This document shows, piece by piece, positions 1-5,922 of a stretch of DNA of 5,922 bases (position 1 is the stretch's first letter; every line of letters starts with the position of its first letter). A program made the translations under genes and the position numbers. A model generated the notes under the pieces. The model was given only the letters and a program-made list of their open reading frames with translations, ran no database searches and was not told the DNA's origin. This stretch comes from Octopus sinensis (taxonomy: Eukaryota): positions 1-5,922 of the forward strand of contig NW_021829508.1 of the NCBI RefSeq assembly GCF_006345805.1, written 5' to 3'.

Positions 1-115
1 CGGACTCAGTCCGACTGTGAGTCTTCTACTAGAGCCTTGGGCCGACCAAGCCTGTGAGTGGATTTTGTAGACGGAAACTGAAAGAGGTCATAGTATATAT
101 ATATAGATATATATA

Positions 116-175
<60 letters not shown>

Positions 176-360
176 TTATGTCCCTGTGTTTGTCCCCACA
201 CCATCGCTTGACAACCGATGTTGGTATGTTTACATCTCCGTAACTTTGCAGACCGATAAAATAAGTACTAGCTTACAAAGAATATGATTTGCTCGACGAA
301 AGGCGATGCTCCAGCATGGCTGCAGTCAAATGACTGAAACAACATAAAAGAATAAAAGAA
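1..360 (+). mobile_element. tRNA-derived SINE copy A (5' end degraded or cut by the window edge), with internal TA/TG microsatellite and AAAAGAAT-like tail
   Basis: Colinear with copy E (5345-5687). Both share CC(T)TGTGAGTG..GTAGA(C/T)GGAAACTGAAAGA, then a (TA)n/(TG)n tract, then an identical 27-mer CACCATCGCTTGACAACCGATGTTGGT (199-225 = 5545-5571), then AAAGGCG.TGCTCC.GCATGGC.GCA.TCAAATGA and an A-rich end. Confidence 0.9.
94..163. repeat. (TA)n then (TG)n microsatellite inside SINE copy A
   Basis: Directly visible dinucleotide runs. Confidence 0.95.
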
Positions 361-361
361 T

Positions 362-392
362 GCATATATATATATTTCTACACATATTTGTG

Positions 393-423
<31 letters not shown>

Positions 424-470
424 ATATATTATATATATATTATGTATTTATGTATGCATATGTTTGCATG
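362..470. repeat. Interrupted (TA)n low-complexity tract
   Basis: Directly visible TA runs with single-base interruptions, decaying into TATG. Confidence 0.85.
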
Positions 471-624
471 ATGTTAAATGCATTACTTCTCTAACTTTTA
501 GTGTTTGCTTCTCTTTAGGATATATGATGAGACTTTTCGTGTTTTCATCCAAAATGGAAACTAACACAACTCCGCCTTGTGATTGGTGTGAAAAATTGTT
601 AAGATATTAAGATAATTTTCTTAA

Positions 625-711
625 CAGGAAACCAACGGTAGCCTTAATACGCAAATAAAGAAATTTTATCCACCGGTGCTGTGTTGAGGACTCATTCTCA
701 TTGTTCGACAT
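625..711 (+). mobile_element. Possible Penelope-like terminal-repeat remnant (3' half of a hammerhead-like motif, AATAAA, short tail)
   Basis: GAAAC(628-632)-CAACG-GTA(638-640) with self-complementary ACC-AAC-GGT, then AATAAAG (654-660) and about 50 nt ending at a CA/TA microsatellite. Same order as the element at 4864-4913. No CTGANGA core found upstream. Confidence 0.35.
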
Positions 712-712
712 T

Positions 713-797
713 TACACACACACGCACACATATATTTTATATATATATATACATATATATACGAAAGTATATATACATACCCCTCCCATATATATAT
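713..797. repeat. Compound (CA)n/(TA)n microsatellite
   Basis: Directly visible. Confidence 0.85.
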
Positions 798-862
798 GCT
801 TGGGGCCGTATTTAATTTAAGGTTTTTCCTTTGCAGGATTCAAACCAAGGCTGTCTGTTTCA

Positions 863-889
863 GTCTAGACCAGTGTTTCCCAACCTTTT
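863..889. repeat. hAT right terminus: 8-bp target site GTCTAGAC (863-870) plus terminal inverted repeat CAGTGTTTCCCAACCTTTT (871-889)
   Basis: CAGTGTTTCCCAA(C/A) is a typical Charlie/Buster-type hAT terminus and NTCTAGAN is their known target consensus. It lies about 130 bp downstream of the transposase stop on the minus strand. The partner end is not seen in the window. Confidence 0.8.
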
Positions 890-1970
890 TCCAGTGCCCC
901 ACTTTTAATAACAAATAAATCTGGTGCCCATCGACATCTTTTTTTTAATATAGAAATAAGATTTTTAATTCAATTACCTAGATGACGGGTACCTCGACTT
1001 ATTTAGTGAGAACCCTGTGCCTGGTGCATATGCCACAGATCCTTGATTTGATGAAGCAGTTTCGTTAATTTCAGCTGTAAACCACTAAAATTTGTAATTT
1101 CAAGCCAGTTTCTATTGGCTTCCAGCAAATTGTCAGCTGCACTAAATCCACATCCAACTAAATAAGAGAAAATAAAATGAATCAATAGTTCTCCTGCTGA
1201 CGTAGAAATGTTGGGGTATTTTCTTTCAACCTCTTCACATTGCCACATATTTATACTTTTCAATTTAAACAAAGTCTTCACTCATTCATTATGTTGGAAT
1301 TCTGATAGCTCTTCTTGGTACTGAATTGCAGCATCAGAAATGTTCATCAGCAGTGGTTGAGTTAACCAAGAGGGAAAATTCATTGCCTTCAAATCACAAA
1401 ATATGTCGTTGAAGTCCTTTATTAAGATATTCATATGGTCAATAATTACGGTCGCAGCATCATTCAATATCTCACCAGCATAACTGATTGAAATTTCTTT
1501 AAGAAACATGTTTTTAGCATATTTCGAGGTCTATAATGAATCCAAAAATGTTTGCTTTCGCATCAACAACATCATGTTTGCACCTTTGCAAGTTTATTCA
1601 AGTTTCCAAGTTTCTCAAAGATGTCTGTCAAATAACTGACAAACTCTTTTCCACCCATTATTGACAGTATTTTCATTTCCCATTTATCACCGAGAAAGGC
1701 GTTAAGCTGATCAAATAATTCTATGAATCTTTTAAAGCAATTTCCACTTGATAGCCACCTTACTTCTGTATGAAGCAATAATCGAACATGCTTGGCACTT
1801 TGATTTACACAAAACTGCTTAAAAAGACGTCCAGCTTTGGGATTTGCTTTAATGCTATTGACACAATTACTGTTCATAGAGTCTTGTTAAGAACAGGGGT
1901 ACAGTTTCTTGGCAACCAAGTTTTCTTGGTGTGTGACGCAATGGACAATCAACATGTTTGGATTTTCTAT
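871..1970 (-). mobile_element. Truncated hAT DNA transposon (Buster/Charlie group), right half only
   Basis: Terminal repeat at 871 plus colinear transposase fragments from 1003 to about 1967. Confidence 0.88.
1003..1967 (-). pseudogene. Decayed hAT transposase, C-terminal half (ZBED5/SCAND3/Buster-like)
   Basis: Minus-strand pieces in order: ENPNMLIVHCVTHQENLVAKKL (CxxH motif, about 1967-1902); VNSIKANPKAGRLFKQFC..LLLHTEVRWLS (RW motif)..YLTDIFEKL; FPSWLTQP..YQEELSE; in-frame TGA at 1282-1284; VKTLF..FSYLVGCGFS..HQAQGSH-stop (dimerisation region). Several frameshifts and stops. The expected catalytic Glu of (E)CGFS reads Gly (1153-1155). Confidence 0.9.
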
Positions 1971-2157
1971 TGGGCTCTTGAATTCTACAACGATGCATGA
2001 CTTTTGCTCCCTGTCCTGTTGAACAATATCTCGCTGATTGTGTTTCCATCGTGTGACTGATTTTATTGGAATGTTCCGCCAGTAGTCTTTATTTTGAAGC
2101 TGTAAATACTTACTGGTTCTGCGGAGTCTTTAGTATGGCAGATAAGACAATTTACTT
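1971..2157 (-). pseudogene. Fragment resembling the restriction-like endonuclease (RLE) region of an R2-superfamily (R4/NeSL-like) non-LTR retrotransposon
   Basis: A minus frame not in the ORF track (no ATG) reads QNKDYWRNIPIKSVTRWKHNQRDIVQQDREQKSCIVVEFKSP (2096-1971). This matches from memory the pattern YWWN.P.K....KHNRPDI..WD...K.C..VE..CP, with RPD degraded to QRD. Confidence 0.6.
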
Positions 2158-2243
2158 CTGTGCGTGCGTGTGCGTGTGTATAGATTTTGTATTATGTATA
2201 TGTTTTTGTGTATGTCATACTCAGTTGATATGCTTCTGCTGTC

Positions 2244-2335
2244 ATGTATGTATGTATGTATGTATGTATGTATGTATGTATGTATGTATGTATGTATGTA
2301 TGTATGTATGTATGTATGTATGTATGTATGTATGT
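2244..2335. repeat. Perfect (ATGT)23 tetranucleotide microsatellite
   Basis: 92 bp uninterrupted. Source of the MYVC and HTYI ORFs. Confidence 0.97.
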
Positions 2336-2379
2336 AGTCTTTTTGTGCGATCTTTCTTCTCTCCATCTGATTTCCTTCC

Positions 2380-2515
2380 TCATTCCTTTCCTAGAAGAGC
2401 ATAGGCACGAAACATCAAAGACTTCTTCCATTTTTTCCTGAGCGTCGAACTAATACACCTTGCTTGCTGTTTCCTCGTCTGTCTCTGACTTATGACTTGT
2501 TTTTGTATAATTTTG
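2380..2515 (+). mobile_element. Possible second Penelope-like terminal-repeat remnant with a degenerate hammerhead-like motif
   Basis: CTAGAAGA(2391-2398)-GCATAGGCAC-GAAACATC(2409-2416)-AAAG resembles CTGAAGA..GAAACGTC. CTTT (2386-2389) could pair with AAAG (2417-2420). The fold is imperfect, and the segment is bounded by microsatellites. Confidence 0.35.
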
Positions 2516-2560
2516 AACCATATATATATAAACATACACACAGGCCCATATATATATATA

Positions 2561-2800
2561 TTCTTTTACACGTTTCAGCTCTAAGGCTGTGGCCATCCTG
2601 GGGCGTGTCGCGCGTGTATTAGTCTGGAAAGTCCTGCTGCATTTTGTGCGTGTACGTGTGTGTGTGTTTCCACTCAGAAGGTTTTGGTTGGCCCGAGGCT
2701 ATAGTAGAAAACACCTGCCCAAAGTATCACGCAGTTAGATTGAACCCGGGACCATGTGGCTGAGAAGTAAGCTTCTTACTACACAGCTATGCCTCCACCT
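2561..2800 (-). mobile_element. SINE copy B: intact tRNA-like head (2668-2800) and tail (2561-2604), body missing
   Basis: Minus strand reads GGTGGAGGCA-TAGCTGTGTAG (A-box-like, 2779-2789)..GGTTCAATC (B box, 2738-2746)..TTGGGCAGGTGTTTTCTACTATAGCCTCGGGCCAACCAAAACC, matching copies A and E. 2561-2604 is the reverse complement of the shared tail. Confidence 0.85.
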
Positions 2801-2802
2801 GA

Positions 2803-3347
2803 TGGGAACTTTTTATGCAAATTTTTGTATGATAATTCCAATTTATGACGCTACATGTACGCAGTAATTGTTTCCTCTTGTTTTAACACTTAACGCTATA
2901 CGAAACCTTTCACACCTCTCCATACATAGACCATAACATTTTTCGGGATGGGGTGGATTCTCCTTTTTAATTGGGTGCTAACCATTGTCGTGTACGATGG
3001 ATATTTTTTCGAAAGCAAGTCATCTCCTTAAAGACTTTGATTAAGCTAAAAAGCACTCGGATGATGAGGAATCTACTGACCAAGATTAGACACTTTTCCT
3101 AGTTCATAAAACTGTTTTAAGATCGAACTGTGACGCGAATTATTGAACTGTTTCGCCAATCCTCGTACAGTTCGCTTTGGATTCTCTTTAACTACCATTC
3201 TCAAAAGCTCAAAATTGACATAAATTGGTCCTCCAAATCGAGGGGAATCTGCGAGAGAAAAATTTCCCGTCTTGATCTGGCCAAACCATTGTTGACGTAT
3301 CTGGATATTTAAAGCTTCATTGTCATAGACAGAGAACAAATATTTCT
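2803..3347 (-). pseudogene. Mariner (Tc1/mariner, Hsmar1/SETMAR-like) transposase remnant: HTH DNA-binding region plus part of the catalytic domain
   Basis: Minus frame: SVYDNEALNIQIRQQWFGQIKTGNFSLADSPRFGGP..LLRMVVKENPKRTVRGLAKQF..LGKVSNLGQ*IPHH (the WVPHEL motif with W mutated to stop). The same frame later gives HPIPKNVMVYVWRGVKG..LKQEETITA, like HPKKVML.VWW..KG..L...TITA. Six stops in the distal part, no recognisable TGDEKW, no TIR seen. Confidence 0.88.
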
Positions 3348-3413
3348 TACCATATAGTGAGGCTGGATCCGAGACCATGTAGTTGCGTAGCGAATTTCTT
3401 AACCACACAGCTT
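3348..3413 (-). mobile_element. SINE copy C: isolated tRNA-like head
   Basis: Minus strand AGCTGTGTGGTTAAGAAATTCGCTACGCAACTACATGGTCTCGGATCCAGCCTCACT aligns with the copy B head AGCTGTGTAGTAAGAAGCTTACTTCTCAGCCACATGGTCCCGGGTTCAATCTAACT. The B box is degenerate. Confidence 0.7.
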
Positions 3414-3419
3414 TGTATG

Positions 3420-3810
3420 CACCCACACGCACAGACACACACACACAAGCACACAAGTACATACATATGCACACACGCACACGCACACACACACACACAG
3501 AGGCACATACGCACGCACACACGTACGCACGCGCACACACACGTACGTACGCGCACACACGCACACTCAGGCACACAGATATATCTAAACGCCTATATAT
3601 CTGCCTCTTTTTCTCTTTCCATATGTATGTGTGTGTTTGTGTGTGTATACACACACACACATATATATATATATATACACATATACATATACATACGTAA
3701 GTACTTGCGTACGTATGTATGCATGTATGCATGTATATATATATATACATACATATATATATACGTATATATATATATATATATTACACACATATACACA
3801 CACCCCACAC

Positions 3811-3873
<63 letters not shown>

Positions 3874-3880
3874 GTTATAC
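3420..3880. repeat. Long compound microsatellite field (CA/CACG, TG, TA, TATG, CA, TA) with a short unique spacer at about 3570-3620
   Basis: Directly visible. It explains all ORFs listed between 3347 and 4009. Confidence 0.92.
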
Positions 3881-4404
3881 ATATCCGTGTTTGAAACTTT
3901 TTTTATAATTAGCTTACTCACGTCCAACATTTCACTAACCAACTTGTGTAGGAAAGTATTGATGCGAGAGGCAACAGCACTAAATTATATATTACAAGTT
4001 CTCTTTTAGTCTTAACACACCACTCGAAAGATAGACCTCTTCCGTCCTAAGTGTTACTATACGTCAATATAGTAAAACTTTTCGCGTTCATCTCCAAAAG
4101 TTGCGGTAATTATATGTTAGAATGACGCCTGCATTTATACAGACGAAAGCAACAATTTACTATTACAACATTCATAAAAAACAAATTGGAGTGAAATGTG
4201 CTGTAGAAGTAGTTTTGTGTATATATTTTTGAAATATAGATCTTTCGAGTCACAAGTGTAATGTGCTCGAAAAATTGTTGTTAAGATATAGGTATGTAAA
4301 TCAAAATATGTGGTTCATAAGCTGGCGGAATCTGTCTTTTTTAAATCTTGTCTTTTACTTGTTTCAGTCATTGAACTGTGGCCATGCTGTGGTACTGCCT
4401 TGAA

Positions 4405-4457
4405 CGGTGTTCCACCATGCTCACAGTCCAAGTACTAAAAGAAAAAAAAAGAAAAAA
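4405..4457 (+). mobile_element. Short oppositely oriented SINE/LINE 3' tail with A-rich end, inside copy D
   Basis: CGGTGTTCCACCATGCTCACAGTCCAAGTACTAAAAG-A-rich resembles the copy A tail CGATGCTCCAGCATGGCTGCAGTCAAATGACTGAAAC. It is 23/35 complementary to 4363-4397. Confidence 0.6.
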
Positions 4458-4619
4458 TATCAGCCTCCACCCCAGTACTGCTTTTTCATTAAAAAAATCT
4501 GGTACCTATTCTATCGGCTGTTTCTTTTGCCGAGCCGATAAATTACGGGAAGGTTAACAAACCAACACCGGTTGTCAAGTGTCACAGGGGACAAACGCAA
4601 AGACACACATACACACATG

Positions 4620-4694
4620 CATATGTATGTCTGTATGTATGTATGTATGTCTGTATGTATGTATGTATGAATGTATGTATGCATATATATACAT
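4620..4694. repeat. (TATG)n microsatellite with TCTG variants, inside SINE copy D
   Basis: Directly visible. Confidence 0.9.
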
Positions 4695-4766
4695 ACCGGA
4701 GTAAACACATAAATGTGAAACAAGGTGGAAAAAAGAGTACTCAAATACCAGTGGTAGAGTAATATG

Positions 4767-4913
4767 CTTTATTTAAAGCAGCAAAAAATTCCACAAAACC
4801 TGTTACTCTGAGTTTCGCGTTGCTAGAAAAAACTAGCAAAAACTGTCCGACGAACGGCAACGCGAAACTCAGAGTAACAGGTTTTGTGGAATTTTCTGCT
4901 GCTTTAAATAAAG
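4767..4913. repeat. Long inverted repeat: 57-bp arms 4767-4823 and 4857-4913, 1 mismatch, 33-bp spacer
   Basis: Left arm CTTTATTTAAAGCAGCAAAAAATTCCACAAAACCTGTTACTCTGAGTTTCGCGTTGC versus reverse complement of the right arm CTTTATTTAAAGCAGCAGAAAATTCCACAAAACCTGTTACTCTGAGTTTCGCGTTGC. Confidence 0.98.
4836..4887 (+). ncRNA. Minimal type I hammerhead ribozyme-like motif (variant core); activity untested
   Basis: Helix I GCAAAAACTGT (4836-4846) pairs with ACAGGTTTTGT (4877-4887), with one A-G mismatch and one G-U pair. Core CCGACGA (4847-4853; canonical CUGANGA, so U4 reads C). Helix II ACG-GCAA-CGC has a GNRA loop and an A-C mismatch at its base. GAAA at 4864-4867. Helix III is palindromic ACTC-A-GAGT. 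GUA triplet at 4874-4876. Confidence 0.7.
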
Positions 4914-5016
4914 TATATATATATATATATGCGACGGATTTCCATTCACTTTCCGTCTACGAAATCCAATCACAAAGCATATATATATATATACGCACAC
5001 ACACACTCATATAGTT

Positions 5017-5021
<5 letters not shown>

Positions 5022-5055
<34 letters not shown>
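5022..5055. repeat. Perfect (CA)17 microsatellite
   Basis: Directly visible. Confidence 0.95.
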
Positions 5056-5056
<1 letters not shown>

Positions 5057-5344
5057 TGTTTGATGGCGCTTGGTCGAATAGATATCTTGATTGCTAGTGC
5101 TCTCAAATTTATAATTGAAATACTATACTGAGGACGGAAATAAGGTATGATTAATTTTACATATCTTTAATCCAGAAACGAGTACATAGTAAATCAAAAT
5201 CAGGTGGATTCGTTATTTTTTCTCTTTGCCTGTGTGAGTTGAGAGTATTGCTGTCTGGGAGATATTATATGGTAGTAGAATTATATTTAACTGCTATTTC
5301 TAAATTTCGGTATGTGTGTGTATGGTGAAAGCTTGTGGGTAAAA

Positions 5345-5433
5345 GTGGCACCTTGGTAAGTGTCTTTTACTATGCCTCGGGACGGACAGAGCCTTGTGAG
5401 TGCATTGGTAGATGGAAACTGAAAGAACCCGTC

Positions 5434-5485
<52 letters not shown>

Positions 5486-5687
5486 TATAGAATATATATA
5501 TATATATATATACATGTGTGTGTTAATGTGTCTGTGTTGTTTCCCACCATCGCTTGACAACCGATGTTGGTGTGTTTACGTCCCTGTAACTTAGCAGTTG
5601 GGCAAAATAGACCTGGGGTTGATTTGTTCGACTAAAGGCGTTGCTCCGGCATGGCCGCATTCAAATGAGTAAAACAAGTAAAAAAGA
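5345..5687 (+). mobile_element. SINE copy E (head degraded, possibly starting near 5315)
   Basis: GTGGCACCTTGGTAAGTGTCTTTTACTATGCCTCGGG..GGAAACTGAAAGAACCCGTCG-(TA)n-..CCATCGCTTGACAACCGATGTTGG..AAAGGCGTTGCTCCGGCATGGCCGCATTCAAATGAGTAAAACAAGTAAAAAAGA; colinear with copies A, B and D. Confidence 0.9.
5435..5512. repeat. (TA)22 plus an interrupted (TA)n, inside SINE copy E
   Basis: Directly visible; 5435-5478 is perfect. Confidence 0.95.
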
Positions 5688-5847
5688 TCATTGATAAAAG
5701 AGAAGATACACATACAAAAGACTGAAGCAAGCAAAAAATAAAAGAGAAGGCAAAATATAAATTACACACTAACAGATATCAATACATATAATACCAAATA
5801 ACTATCAATACATATTTATACCAAATACACAGCGATAACCATACAAA

Positions 5848-5856
5848 AATAAATAA

Positions 5857-5887
<31 letters not shown>
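5848..5887. repeat. (AAAT)n microsatellite
   Basis: Directly visible. Confidence 0.92.
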
Positions 5888-5922
5888 AATAAAAATAAAC
5901 AAAACTCCTGCGCTAGCATTTC

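Larger units (their letters stand above)
4695..4913. mobile_element. Non-autonomous fold-back element, probably inverted Penelope-like terminal repeats, inserted in the SINE D microsatellite
   Basis: Unique 219-bp block between TA-rich flanks. It contains a long inverted repeat, a hammerhead-type motif and AATAAA (4907-4912, mirrored as TTTATT at 4768-4773). The Penelope assignment is inferred from the known association of inverted pLTRs with minimal hammerheads. Confidence 0.65.
4346..4978 (-). mobile_element. SINE copy D (variant subfamily, head missing), interrupted by two nested insertions
   Basis: Tail reverse complement TCTTTTACTTGTTTCAGTCATTGAACTGTGGCCATGC (4351-4387); body GGTACCTATTCTATCGG..CCGGTTGTCAAG..GGGGACAAAC (about 4500-4596); microsatellite; then CGACGG..TTTCCGTCTACGAAATCCAATCACAAAGC (4932-4978), the reverse complement of the pre-microsatellite block of copies A and E. 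Confidence 0.85.

Noticed and set aside
500-870. Splice-acceptor-like tracts TTTGCTTCTCTTTAG (to 518) and TTTTTCCTTTGCAG (to 836)
   Set aside because: No convincing exon frame or paired donor; such motifs are common in AT-rich DNA. Transcript data would be needed.
1788-2000. 70-aa plus-strand ORF, and the 60-aa ORFs at 1867-2049 and 3130-3312
   Set aside because: Antisense or off-frame shadows of the hAT, RLE and mariner remnants.
2066-2441. ORFs with MYVC and HTYI repeats on both strands
   Set aside because: Translations of the stop-free (ATGT)23 microsatellite; no coding signal.
2730-2800. tRNA-like A/B boxes as a true tRNA gene
   Set aside because: No cloverleaf could be folded, and the sequence continues into the SINE body shared with other copies.
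3060-3075. GATGATGAGG as a hammerhead core
   Set aside because: It is the reverse complement of the mariner (W)IPHH codons, with no matching GAAAC or helices.
3347-4009. Cluster of 75-183 aa ORFs rich in YI, HT and CV, and the N-terminal 120 aa of the 225-aa ORF
   Set aside because: Artefacts of CA/TG/TA dinucleotide repeats.
4022-4250. 11-bp perfect inverted repeat ACTCGAAAGAT / ATCTTTCGAGT as MITE ends
   Set aside because: No flanking target duplication; an 11-bp inverted match is expected by chance in about 6 kb of AT-rich DNA.
4320-4333. AGCTGGCGGAATC resembling the start of another tRNA-derived SINE
   Set aside because: Only about 13 nt, with no B box or continuation.
4820-5014. 64-aa ORF across the fold-back, and ORFs at 4511-4744, 5300-5560 and 5412-5594
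   Set aside because: They run through SINE and microsatellite sequence and have no protein-like motifs.
5777-5827. Two imperfect copies of TATCAATACATAT(A/TT)ATACCAAATA with a 26-bp period
   Set aside because: Simple local slippage duplication in A-rich sequence; not a CRISPR or satellite array.

Overview
Eukaryotic, AT- and microsatellite-rich non-coding DNA made almost entirely of nested, decayed mobile elements. No intact protein-coding gene, rRNA, true tRNA or CRISPR array is supported. The SINE family and repeat density resemble cephalopod (Octopus-like) genomes; this is recalled similarity, not a database result. Contents: (i) five copies or fragments of one tRNA-headed SINE carrying an internal TA/TG microsatellite; (ii) the right end and C-terminal half of a hAT (Buster/Charlie-type) transposon, with terminal repeat and GTCTAGAC target site, joined in frame to a fragment resembling the restriction-like endonuclease of a non-LTR retrotransposon; (iii) a mariner transposase remnant; (iv) many simple repeats, which explain most ORFs in the supplied track. 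The most interesting feature is at 4695-4913. It is a fold-back element (57-bp arms, 1 mismatch) nested in a SINE microsatellite. Its right arm folds into a minimal type I hammerhead ribozyme of the kind known from Penelope-like elements, with a variant CCGACGA core, while the mirror copy has lost that core through a TTGC microhomology-bounded gap. Two weaker hammerhead-like remnants lie at about 628 and 2391.
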